From positions 114,134-178,133 of the forward strand of contig CANQYM010000004.1 of assembly GCA_947628085.1 (NCBI GenBank): a stretch of DNA of 64,000 nucleotides. Direction: 5' to 3'. Every line of letters starts with the position of its first letter. The first letter of the stretch is position 1. The translations under genes were made by a program, and so were the position numbers. This document shows, piece after piece, positions 29,636 to 39,660 of this stretch. The stretch is from an uncultured Clostridia bacterium. Lineage in GTDB: Bacteria > Bacillota > Clostridia > TANB77 > CAG-508. Below the pieces are notes generated by a model. That model was not told the origin of the DNA, did not search any database, and saw only the letters and a program-made list of their open reading frames with translations.

Positions 29636-31739
29636 TTAGTCTTCTTCTTTTATAATATTTTTGCTTCCAAAATATGAAGCCATAAAATATGCGCCATATA
29701 TAACTGTTATTATAATTGATGTTGCTATAATTGATGGTAATAATTCTTTAGATTTTGCAATTCCAGATAAAAGATTTAATGCAAATTGTATTCCAAAAAT
29801 AGAATGAATTATAGCTAAAGCAAGTGGCAAGATGAAAAATATTCCTATTTGAATAAATAAAGATTTATTTATCATTTTCTCATCACAACCTATTTTTCTT
29901 AAAATAGTATATCTTTGTTTATTATCAGAGCTTTCAGTTAGTTGTTTTAATGCTAAAATAACACTACTTGCTATTAAGAATATAGTTCCTAAATAAATTG
30001 CAATAAATATTATTATTGTTACTAATCCTAAACTTGCCTCAACAAGTGAAATTTTAGTCATTCCATCTAAATTTATTCCATTCTTATCTAGTGATGTTAT
30101 TAAACTTGAAGTTCCACTATTTCCAGAAAATATTTCTTCTATTTTCTCTTTTTCCTCATCAGTTTCTGCATTATAATTTGCAGTTAAAAAATATGTTTCT
30201 TTCATATCTTCTGTTAAATTGCAGTTATCTGGAACTAACAAAAATCCTATGTTTGTATGAGAACTAGACATTTCATAGAATCCTTTTTTACATTCATTAT
30301 ATTTTGATTTATATGTTTTTCCTGCTATTTGTAAAAAGTTTTTTCCATCCGCTAATGCTCTATTTCTTATATCTACTTGATTTTCAAATTCACATACCAT
30401 AATATATTCATCATCATTTAACTCATATTTTTCTATTCCATAGGCTTCTGCTATTTTATTATAATCAGAAATTTTTATAATTTTTTCAGCTGATGAATAA
30501 ATAAGATATGGAAATTCTTTATCAATTTCTTCAAACTGATCTCCTAAAAAAGTTTCTATGGTTAAATCATTTGTAGCATAAATTGGAATTTCTACAATAT
30601 CTTTTAAAACGTTCATATCAAATCCATTATTTTTTAAAGTTTCAGATATAGGCATTTTTGAATCTTCTCTTTGTGCTTCAGTAGATTTTACTTTTCCACC
30701 ATAAGCATTTCTATAAATTTCGGGAATATTTGCCATTTTTTCTAAGTTAATATCCATTGGTGTCATTTCAATCAAATCTTTTTGCATAGAATTTCTTAGA
30801 GCTAAACTTGATGATAAAATTGTGATTGTCATAAATAACATTAAACAAATTACGCTCATACTAATTACTGTTGTATTTATTTTATTATTTATTTGTCTTA
30901 ATACAAACATATTTGTATCTTTTAAATACACTTTTTTAAGCTTTTGAATAGTTGTTAAAATAAAACCAGATAATGACCAGAATATTGCAATAGTTCCAAA
31001 TATTCCCATTAAAATTGGTTTTAGAAGATCTACAGAAACTCTTAAAGTATTTGCTCTTGCAGTTACTATATAATAAGCATATCCTAAAACTACTACTCCT
31101 ACTATGAAAACAAAAATTGCCAAAATAGGATTTCTAAATTTTACAGTTTCATTTTTCTTGTTTGCATTTAATAAATTAATTAGTTTATATCTAGAAATAG
31201 TTATTGTATTAAAAAACATTACAGCAATATACATTACAGCAAAATAAATGCAAGTTTTTATTGTGCTATCTTTTGAAAACACAAATTTAAATTTACTCAT
31301 ATCTGCTTCAAATAATTTTGCAATAATTATAGACATAAATTGTGATGCAAAAATACCTATTATAAGTCCAATTATAAGAGATATTATTCCAACTAAAATT
31401 GTTTCAAGTAGTATTATTTTAGATATATCTCCCTTTCCCATTCCGAAGAGTCATATATATTCCAAATTCTTTTTTCCTTCGATTTATTAAAAAATTGTTT
31501 GCATATACTATAAGTAGTCCTAGCACTATTGCTACAAAAACAGATACTATTCCAAGCATTGAAATCATTAATTTTATTAGCTCATGTGTACTTTTAGACA
31601 CTTCAAGCATTGCTTCTTGACTATCTAAAGAATTAAACATATAAAAAATTGCTACACCTAAAACTAATGTTAAAAAATATATAGCATAATCTTTTATACT
31701 CTTTTTCATGTTTTTAAGAGATAATTTAAAAACAAGCAT
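29636..31739 (-). CDS. BceB-type ABC permease (FtsX-like, 10 TM with a large extracellular loop), interrupted by a +1 frameshift near 31445 (track pieces 31419..31739 and 29636..31441)
   Basis: N-terminal piece ends …FGIYMTLRNGKGRYI*. Deleting the G of the plus-strand ttccGaag restores …FGIYMTLGMGKGDISKIIL… continuous with the second piece. Confidence 0.75.
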
Positions 31740-32494
31740 TTAAATCACCTCCAAGAAGTGTTTGAACATCAATTATTTTTTCGAAAAAATCTTTTCTTGT
31801 ATCTGTTCCTTTTATTAATTCATTAAAAATTTTTCCATCTTTAATAAATAAAATTCTATTTGCATAAGAAGCTGTAAAAGCATCATGTGTAACCATTAAT
31901 ATAGTTGCATTTAAATTTTTATTTAAGAATTCAAAATTTTCTAATAATTGTCTTGCTGATTTTGAATCTAATGCTCCTGTAGGCTCATCTGCTAAAACCA
32001 TTTTAGGATTTGTTATAATTGCTCTACAAGATGCTACTCTTTGCTTTTGACCACCTGAAATTTGATAAGGATATTTTTTTAGAATATCTCTTATCTCTAA
32101 TTTATCTGCAATATTTAAAACTCTTTTTTCAATTTCATGTGGATTTATTCTTTGAATTGTTAAAGCTAAAGCAATATTTTCATAGCAAGTTAATGTATCT
32201 AATAAATTGAAATCTTGAAAGATAAATCCGAAGTTCTTCTCTTCTAAATTTATTTAAAGAGTTTCCTTTTAGTTTTGTAATTTCTTTGTTTCCTACAAAA
32301 ATGTGTCCACTTGTTACTTTATCTATTGTAGCTATACAATTTAAAAGTGTTGTTTTTCCAGAGCCTGAAGCTCCCATTATTCCGACAAATTCTCCTGAGT
32401 TTACATCAAAACTAATATTATCTATTGCTTTTGTTAAATTAGATTTATTTCCATAATATTTTTCGATGTTTTTTACTTCTAAAATTTTTTCCAT
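31726..32494 (-). CDS. BceA-type ABC ATPase, interrupted by a +1 frameshift near 32230 (track pieces 32180..32494 and 31726..32001)
   Basis: Walker A GASGSGKTT in the first piece; deleting the G of the plus-strand atccGaag restores …EELGFIFQDFNLLDTLTCYENI…YPYQISGGQKQRVA…KMVLADEPTGALD (signature plus Walker B) continuous to the C-terminus. Confidence 0.8.
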
Positions 32495-32607
32495 TTAAAA
32501 ACCTTCCTTCAATATAATAAATTTTAAGACTAAATTTATTATAAAAATTCTTTTAAAAAGCTACAATCGATTTTACTTACAGTTTTCTTACTTTTTTGTA
32601 AGATTAC

Positions 32608-33627
32608 TTATTTCATATCTATATAACTGCTATTTGGAAAAACTAATTTTGCTTCTGTTCCAATGTTTTCTTCTGAAGATATACTTATTAAAATTCCAAG
32701 CTTGTCACATAATTTTTTACAAAGAAAAAGTCCTATTCCTGTTGATTTTTTATTTATAATTCTACCATTTGTTCCAGTAAAACCTTTTTCAAAAACTCTT
32801 GGTACTTCTCCTTGCTTTATTCCCATTCCATTATCTTTTAGATATAAAGCTATGTTTTCTTTTCCTTCATTTGCATATATTTCTATTTCTAAATTTTCAT
32901 TTAGCTTTTTATATTTAATACTATTTTGAATAATTTGATTTAAAATAAAAACAATCCATTTACTATCTGTGTTTATATTTAAATCTAAATCATGTAAATT
33001 AACTGAAACTTTACCCTCTAGCATAAAAGATTTGTTTTTTAAAATTACTTCATTTACAATTTCACTAAAAGAAGTTTTTCTTATGTAGTAATCTTTTTCA
33101 ACTGTATTGCTTCTTGCATAGAAAAGAGCTTGTTCTACATAGTTTTCTATTTTATCTATTTCTTCATCTATGTTTTTGGTTACTTCATTTTTATTGTTTT
33201 CGACTATCATTTTACTAGTAGCTATTGGAAGTTTTATTTCGTGAATCCACATTTCAATATATTCTTTATAATCTTCTAGAGAATATTTATATTTATTAAC
33301 ATTTTCAATCATTGATTTGTTTACTTCTTCCAAAATTTCGTTCATTACTTTTCCTTCAGCAAAATTTGATTTCTCAGTAATTTCATTAATTAAATATTTA
33401 TCATCTAGTTCATAAAGTAATGTAAGTAGTTTCTTATAATATCTATTTTTATTTACATATTCAACAATAATTGATGCAAAATAAAAACTTAAAATACATG
33501 TTGGTATATAAATTTTTAAAAATTTTCCAATAGGATATATCATTAAAAATATTTCTATTGTAATTAAACCAAATATTAATAAACTTATTTCTATAAGTTT
33601 ATCTTTAATAAATTCTTTAAAACTCAT
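32608..33627 (-). CDS. Intramembrane-sensing histidine kinase (BceS-like)
   Basis: Two N-terminal TM helices with a minimal loop; HisKA (EIKLP… region) and HATPase_c (…LKDNGMGI…GTGIGL). Confidence 0.7.
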   Translation of the reverse strand: MSFKEFIKDKLIEISLLIFGLITIEIFLMIYPIGKFLKIYIPTCILSFYFASIIVEYVNKNRYYKKLLTLLYELDDKYLINEITEKSNFAEGKVMNEILEEVNKSMIENVNKYKYSLEDYKEYIEMWIHEIKLPIATSKMIVENNKNEVTKNIDEEIDKIENYVEQALFYARSNTVEKDYYIRKTSFSEIVNEVILKNKSFMLEGKVSVNLHDLDLNINTDSKWIVFILNQIIQNSIKYKKLNENLEIEIYANEGKENIALYLKDNGMGIKQGEVPRVFEKGFTGTNGRIINKKSTGIGLFLCKKLCDKLGILISISSEENIGTEAKLVFPNSSYIDMK

Positions 33628-33644
33628 AAAAACCTCTTTTATAA

Positions 33645-34337
33645 TTATTTTTGAATTAAAATATAGCCTTGCCCTCTTTTAGTTTCTAATATTTCTTTTA
33701 AGTTCATTTCTTCTAATTTGTTTCTAAGCCTTGTAATGTTTACAGTTAAAGTATTGTCATCAACAAAGCTCTCACTATCCCATAAATAGTCCATTATTTC
33801 CTCTCTTGAAACTATTTTATTTTGTCTTTCTAGCAAATATTTTAAAATTTTAAATTCATTTTTTGTAAGTTCTATTTCTTTTCCATCTTTTTCTATTACA
33901 CTTCTAGATATGTTTAAAATAAAGTCTCTTGCTTCAATCTTTTCCTGCAATGTTAAGGTACTTCTTCTTAAAAGAGAAGCAATTTTAGCAAGTAAAATTT
34001 GAATATTAAAAGGCTTTGTAATGTAATGATCTGCACCATAATTTATAGAAAGCAATTCATCTATTTCATTATTTTTAGATGTTATTATTATAATTGGCAT
34101 ATTAGAAGTTTTTCTAATTTCTTTGCAAACAAATTCACCATCTACACCTGGCAGATTTATATCTAACAAAACTAAATCTGGTCTTTTATTTAGTATATCT
34201 AAAATAGTGTTATTAAAAGTCTTTAAACTTTCTACACTATATCCATTATTAGTTAAAAATATTTCTAATTCATTTCTTAATTTTTCATCATCTTCTACTA
34301 TTAATATTCTTTGCATTTTTACCTCCTTTTTGGTCAT
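33645..34337 (-). CDS. OmpR-family response regulator (BceR-like)
   Basis: REC domain (ILIVEDDE…DLVLLDINLPG) and winged-helix C-terminus (…LTKNEFKILKYL…). Confidence 0.8.
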   Translation of the reverse strand: MTKKEVKMQRILIVEDDEKLRNELEIFLTNNGYSVESLKTFNNTILDILNKRPDLVLLDINLPGVDGEFVCKEIRKTSNMPIIIITSKNNEIDELLSINYGADHYITKPFNIQILLAKIASLLRRSTLTLQEKIEARDFILNISRSVIEKDGKEIELTKNEFKILKYLLERQNKIVSREEIMDYLWDSESFVDDNTLTVNITRLRNKLEEMNLKEILETKRGQGYILIQK

Positions 34338-34399
34338 TATAACATAATAGATAAAAAATAACCTTACAAATTTGTAAGGTTATTCTAACATTTCTAGGA

Positions 34400-37039
34400 T
34401 TATCTATTCTTTAGAACCTCTTTTAGCATTTTTATAAGTTCTGGTATGTCTATTGGTTTAGAAAGATGTCCATTCATTCCAGCTTCTTTAGCTGCTTTTT
34501 TATCTTCATCAAAAGCATTTGCAGTCATTGCTAAAATTGGTATATTAGCTAATTCTTTATTTTCAAATTTTCTAATTTCTCTTGTTGCTTCATATCCGTT
34601 CATAATTGGCATTTGAATATCCATAAGAACTAAATCAAAAAATCCAGGATTAGAATTTTTTAACATTTCACAAGCTTCTTTTCCATTTTCAGCATTTTCT
34701 ACTAAGAAACCAAAATCTTGTAGATACTCTGTTGAAATTTCTCTGTTCATCATATTATCTTCAACTAAAAGAATTCTTTTTCCCTTAAAGTCGTCTTGCA
34801 TTACTAAGTCTGTAACTATTTCTTCATCTTTAGTTTTTCCATAAGCTCGTTTTAAGCTTCGTTCTAAATCAGATAGGAATAAAGGTTTTCCAACAAAATC
34901 TGTTACTCCAGCTTCTTTTGCTTCTTTTTCAATTTCAGACCAATCATAAGCAGAAAGTATTATTATTGGTGCATCTTTTCCAACTAAATTTCTAATTCTC
35001 CTTGTTGTTTCAATTCCATTCATATCTGGCATTAGCCAGTCTATAATATAAATTTCATATTTATCTCCAATTTGCATTGCTTCTTCAGTTCTAGCCACAG
35101 CTTCTTTACCATACATTGTCCATTCAGATTTCATTCCCATTTGTCTTAACATATGGCTAACACTTTTACAAGCATCTAAATCATCATCTACAACTAAAGC
35201 TCTTATTCCTTTTAAGCTTTCTACTTCTACAATTTTTTTACTTTCTTTTTGTAGTCTTAAATTTAATGTAACAATAAATTCTGTTCCTTTTCCCACTTCA
35301 CTTTGAACTTCAATTTTTCCATTCATCATATCTACAATATTTTTTGTTATTGCCATTCCAAGTCCGGTTCCTTGAATTCCGCTTACTGTTGAATTTCTTT
35401 CTCTCGCAAAAGGTTCAAATATTGCATTTAAAAAATCTTTTCCTATTCCTATACCAGTATCTTTTACTCTAAACTCATAAGTTGCAACACCTTTTTTATT
35501 AACATTTTTTTCAGTAATAATAAGTGAAATTGTTCCACCTGGAGGTGTAAATTTTAATGCATTTGATAAAAGATTTAAAAGAACTTGATTTAGACGTAAT
35601 TTATCACAATAAATATCTTCATCAACAACATTAACTGTATTTATAAAAAATTCTAATTGCTTTGCATGAATGTCAGCTTGTATAATATTTCTAATTCCAT
35701 GAAGAATATCAGCCATATTTTCTTCTTTTTCTTCAATACTTACTTTTCCTGACTCTATTCTGCTCATATCTAACACATCATTTATTAATGATAATAAATG
35801 ATTAGAAGATTGATTAATTTTTTCTAAATAATCTTTAATTCTTTCTGGGCTATCAATATGAGTGATAGCTAAATTCGTAAAACCAATAATTGCATTCATT
35901 GGTGTACGAATATCGTGTGACATATTATTTAAAAATGTAGTTTTAGCAATATTGGCTTGCTCAGCTAACATTAAAGCTTCTTGTAATTCATCACGGTGTT
36001 TCATTTCAACATTTATTAATTTCTTTTGTGATTTATTTCTAAGTACTACTAATAATAAAATTGTCATTGTAAATAAAATTCCTAAAGTTAAAATTAATAT
36101 AATTTGAAAGAAACTATTACTTTGAACTTCTAAAACTGCTCTAGGAACTACCATAACAAAATACCAATCGATATTGCCGTTCATAGGTGTAAAAGTCATT
36201 AATCTTTCTTCGTTTTCAAAGTAATATTCAATATTAAATGACTCATTATTTTTCATTTTTTCTCTGATTTGATCTATTGTTAAATCTCCATGTATATCGG
36301 CCTTTTCTATTATGTTAAAAAAATTGTCTCTTTCATAAATATCGGTATCTTGTTTTTCAGAAACAATATAATTTCCATCAAAGTCTATAACACTACTATA
36401 ACCTGTATTATTAAAGCTTTTTATCCTTAAATCATCTCTTAATGAATTTGTATCATAGTAACAAGCAGCATAAACAAAATTTTTATCCTCAACTGTAAAA
36501 GGTTCTATTCTTATTCCTAATAACAAAACATTCTTTGTTTCACCTGTTTCTGGATCTTCAATATTTTTTGTAGTTAAAAATCTATCTTCCTGACTATTTG
36601 CATAATCTAGTAGTTCTTTATCTTCAGTAACTTCAAATAAACTATTAAGTTTTGTACCATCATCTGCAACAAGCACTGCATCTAATCCATTTAAAGTTTC
36701 AACTTTTATATCTAAATATTCAAGTACATCTTCAATATTATCATATTCTAATAGTCTTACTACATTTGCAAGACCTTCTATTTCTCTAAATCTATATTCC
36801 AAACTTGATCTTATATTTTTTTCATCATGTCTTGATAATTCATTCATATTACTAAGTGAGTTTGAAATTATTCTATTTGCTATTGTTTTATATATTAAAC
36901 TAAATATAAATAAAACCACAAAAATAATAATTAATGTAACAATTGTTGTTATAAAATTACTAATTTTCATTTTTTTAATAGCATCTTTGTTTTTCTTTGT
37001 ATTGGCCTTTATTTTTTCGTTTGTCTTTTTACTATTCAA
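34400..37039 (-). CDS. Hybrid sensor histidine kinase with an extracytoplasmic Cache-like sensor and two C-terminal receiver domains
   Basis: TM-bounded periplasmic region, HisKA (…MSHDIRTPMNAIIGF), HATPase (…DTGIGIGK…GTGLGMAI), then REC (RALVVDDD…IIDWLMPDMNG) and REC (ILLVEDN…VLMDIQMPIMNG). Confidence 0.8.
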   Translation of the reverse strand: MNSKKTNEKIKANTKKNKDAIKKMKISNFITTIVTLIIIFVVLFIFSLIYKTIANRIISNSLSNMNELSRHDEKNIRSSLEYRFREIEGLANVVRLLEYDNIEDVLEYLDIKVETLNGLDAVLVADDGTKLNSLFEVTEDKELLDYANSQEDRFLTTKNIEDPETGETKNVLLLGIRIEPFTVEDKNFVYAACYYDTNSLRDDLRIKSFNNTGYSSVIDFDGNYIVSEKQDTDIYERDNFFNIIEKADIHGDLTIDQIREKMKNNESFNIEYYFENEERLMTFTPMNGNIDWYFVMVVPRAVLEVQSNSFFQIILILTLGILFTMTILLLVVLRNKSQKKLINVEMKHRDELQEALMLAEQANIAKTTFLNNMSHDIRTPMNAIIGFTNLAITHIDSPERIKDYLEKINQSSNHLLSLINDVLDMSRIESGKVSIEEKEENMADILHGIRNIIQADIHAKQLEFFINTVNVVDEDIYCDKLRLNQVLLNLLSNALKFTPPGGTISLIITEKNVNKKGVATYEFRVKDTGIGIGKDFLNAIFEPFARERNSTVSGIQGTGLGMAITKNIVDMMNGKIEVQSEVGKGTEFIVTLNLRLQKESKKIVEVESLKGIRALVVDDDLDACKSVSHMLRQMGMKSEWTMYGKEAVARTEEAMQIGDKYEIYIIDWLMPDMNGIETTRRIRNLVGKDAPIIILSAYDWSEIEKEAKEAGVTDFVGKPLFLSDLERSLKRAYGKTKDEEIVTDLVMQDDFKGKRILLVEDNMMNREISTEYLQDFGFLVENAENGKEACEMLKNSNPGFFDLVLMDIQMPIMNGYEATREIRKFENKELANIPILAMTANAFDEDKKAAKEAGMNGHLSKPIDIPELIKMLKEVLKNR

Positions 37040-37063
37040 AATACTTTTCCTCCAACTAATTTA

Positions 37064-38131
37064 TTAATTCACTTTTTCAGTGTGTGAAATTATTTCATCT
37101 TTAGCTGCATCAAAACAATGCAATAATTTAGGTGAAAAAATACCACACTTTCCTTCATGAATCATACTAATAGCTTCTTCTATTGAAAAAGAAGCCTTAT
37201 AAACTCTTTTGCTAACAAGTGCATCATAAACATCAACTATTGATACTACTTGTGCCCAAATAGGTATTTCATCTCCTTTTAATCCATCTGGATATCCTCT
37301 ACCATCATATCTTTCATGATGATATCTACAAATGTCATAACAATATTTATAAAATTCATTTTCTTCTTGTTTAAAGTTTTCTAACATTTGACATCCGTAT
37401 ATAGTATGTTTTTTCATTTCTGCATACTCTTCGTCTGTAAGCTTTCCTGGTTTCATTAAAATATTATCTGGTATTGCAATTTTCCCTATATCATGAAGAG
37501 CTGATGCATTAACTATTAACTCTATTTGATCATCTGAAAAATTATCTTCTGGATATAGTGCTTTCCAATATTTTAGCATTATTTTTGTAAGTTTTTTAAC
37601 TCTTTGAATATGCTCACCAGATTCTAAGCTTCTAAATTCAACTACAGAGCTTAATGCATTAATTAAAAAATCATTGCTTTGTTCTAGTTTTTTCTTGCTT
37701 TCAAAGAGCTCTTCTGTTCTTTGTTCTAATTCCTTTTCAATTGACATTCTTTTTCTAAATAATTCAATTATATTTTTTGTTCTACGCTTTACAACAGCAG
37801 GTTCAAAAGGCTTATAAATAATATCTGATGCACCTAATTCATAAGCTTTAACATCAGTTTCTGCTGTTGCCTCACCTGTAATCATTATTACAGGAATAGT
37901 GTTCATCATATCATTTAAAGACATATGTACCATTACATCTAGTCCTGTTTTTATAGGCATAACTAAATCTAAAAATAATAAAGCTATTTCATCTTTATGT
38001 TCATCTAGCAATTTTATGGCTTCTTCACCATTTGTTGCTTCTAATAATTTATATTCGTTTTCGAATATGTCTTTTAATAATTCTCTATTAATCATTACAT
38101 CATCTGCAATAAGTAATGTATCTCTTTCCAT
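37064..38131 (-). CDS. Response regulator with HD-GYP phosphodiesterase output domain
   Basis: REC (LLIADDV…FLDLVMPIKTG) then HD-GYP (…ALHDIGKIAIPDNILMKPGKLT…HHERYDGRGYP). Confidence 0.8.
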   Translation of the reverse strand: MERDTLLIADDVMINRELLKDIFENEYKLLEATNGEEAIKLLDEHKDEIALLFLDLVMPIKTGLDVMVHMSLNDMMNTIPVIMITGEATAETDVKAYELGASDIIYKPFEPAVVKRRTKNIIELFRKRMSIEKELEQRTEELFESKKKLEQSNDFLINALSSVVEFRSLESGEHIQRVKKLTKIMLKYWKALYPEDNFSDDQIELIVNASALHDIGKIAIPDNILMKPGKLTDEEYAEMKKHTIYGCQMLENFKQEENEFYKYCYDICRYHHERYDGRGYPDGLKGDEIPIWAQVVSIVDVYDALVSKRVYKASFSIEEAISMIHEGKCGIFSPKLLHCFDAAKDEIISHTEKVN

Positions 38132-38145
38132 ATTTCTTACCTTCT

Positions 38146-38496
38146 TTACATTTCTACAATTTTTTTAATTTCACTAATAACTTTTTCATAAGTTTTTTCT
38201 ATTTCTGGGAATAAACTTGTTGCTGTTTCTAAATTTCCAGCTCTTAGTTCTTCTGTAATTTCAATTACTTTTGTAGACAAAACTTCAAAAGACATATTTT
38301 GAGAAACACCTTTTAAAGTATGTGCTCCTTTAAATGCTTCTTCACAATTTTTGCTTTCGATTCCATTTTTTAATTGAGAAAAAGATTCATCATAAAGGAA
38401 AAATTTTAAATATTTCTTTATTCTTTCATCATCTTGCATTCTTCCTATTGCTTTACTATAGTCACCGCCAATATTGTTATATAATTCTTCTACCAT
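38146..38496 (-). CDS. Hpt (histidine phosphotransfer) protein
   Basis: AHTLKGVSQNMSF phospho-histidine motif; 116 aa. Confidence 0.75.
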   Translation of the reverse strand: MVEELYNNIGGDYSKAIGRMQDDERIKKYLKFFLYDESFSQLKNGIESKNCEEAFKGAHTLKGVSQNMSFEVLSTKVIEITEELRAGNLETATSLFPEIEKTYEKVISEIKKIVEM

Positions 38497-38687
38497 AACA
38501 AATTCCTTCCTATAAATAAATATATATAATAAACTTATACTATACTATTTAAAAAGTCAATTAAATTTTCGTTACTTTTAAGCCTATTTGTAACAATATT
38601 GTTTCAAAGCTATATAAAATTTAAGATAAAAAAAGAATTCAATCTACTAAATTTTTATTTAATAAATTGAATTCATTTATATTTTTA

Positions 38688-39587
38688 TTAACGTTTATTT
38701 CTTCTATTATTCATATTAACATTTAAAATTTTTAATTTATAGAAATAAACTATTCCTATAACAATTGCTATAACAATTAATCCAACAACAAACATACTTC
38801 CACTACCTGTTTTAGGTATAGATTTATTTACTAAGTTATCACTTTGATTTGAAGTATTACTTTTTGAGTTATTTGTATTAGTATTTGTATTGGTATTGGT
38901 ATTTGTGTTTGTATTTGTGTTATTATTACTATTATTATTACTATTGTTATTATTGTTATTATTGTTGTTATTATTTCCACCATTATTATTTGTGTTTGTA
39001 TTTGTATCTCCTGAGCTAGGTGTATCTGGAGTATTTGGATTATCTGGATTGCTTGGATTATCTGGTTCCTCAATTCCAGGGCCTTCTGGACCACTTGGAT
39101 TTTGAGATTGACCACTTACTATTGAAACTGTAACAGTATCTGTTAAATCAGTAACAGTTCCATTTCCTCCATCTCCAGCTTCAAGTCCTGTTAAAGTTAT
39201 TTTCACATTACTAGCTTGATTTTTTGCTTTAAATGTTATTGTAAAAACATCAGCTTCAAAAGACTCTATCTTACTTCCAGTTGTAACAAATTTTCCATTG
39301 TCTGGATTAATAGAAGGTGTATCCCAACCATTTTGTCCTTGCATTCCTATGTATTCAAGATTATTCTTGTCATATTCTAGATAACCACCAATAGCTATTA
39401 TTGGATCATTTGCTTTTACATGAAGAGTTACTACAAACTCTTCTCCTACTTGGAAACTTGTTTTAGAACTTTTTAATTCCATAGTAACATTTAGCTTAGT
39501 TGTATCTGCATTTACAGTTGTTGATACAGCAACTAACGTAACTATTAATAACATTACTAAAGAAACTAATTTTTGTATAGTTTTCAT
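38688..39587 (-). CDS. Sortase-anchored surface protein with an N-terminal cohesin-like beta-sandwich and a Thr/Asn-rich stalk (IPKTG sorting signal, TM, R/K tail)
   Basis: Signal peptide; …FVVTLHVKANDPIIAIGGYLEYDKNNLEYIGM… resembles cohesin; C-terminal SIPKTG plus hydrophobic stretch plus RRNKR. Confidence 0.55.
   Translation of the reverse strand: MKTIQKLVSLVMLLIVTLVAVSTTVNADTTKLNVTMELKSSKTSFQVGEEFVVTLHVKANDPIIAIGGYLEYDKNNLEYIGMQGQNGWDTPSINPDNGKFVTTGSKIESFEADVFTITFKAKNQASNVKITLTGLEAGDGGNGTVTDLTDTVTVSIVSGQSQNPSGPEGPGIEEPDNPSNPDNPNTPDTPSSGDTNTNTNNNGGNNNNNNNNNNNSNNNSNNNTNTNTNTNTNTNTNTNNSKSNTSNQSDNLVNKSIPKTGSGSMFVVGLIVIAIVIGIVYFYKLKILNVNMNNRRNKR
38870..39000. repeat. Coding simple-sequence repeats: (GTATTT/GTGTTT)n encoding (TN)n, and (ATT/GTT)n encoding poly-Asn
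   Basis: Read directly inside the 38688..39587 gene. Confidence 0.7.
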
Positions 39588-39660
39588 TTTTTCTCCTTTA
39601 GAATAAATAATTTATTTTAATCATTAGGTAAGAATAATTCCTACCTAATGATTGATTTTA

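Noticed and set aside
38831-39115. Alternate-frame ORFs over the simple-sequence tract (38831..39115 minus; 38890..39105 plus poly-Leu)
   Set aside because: Artefacts of the (TN)n/poly-N coding repeat; the surface-protein frame is the one with signal peptide, sorting signal and domain similarity.
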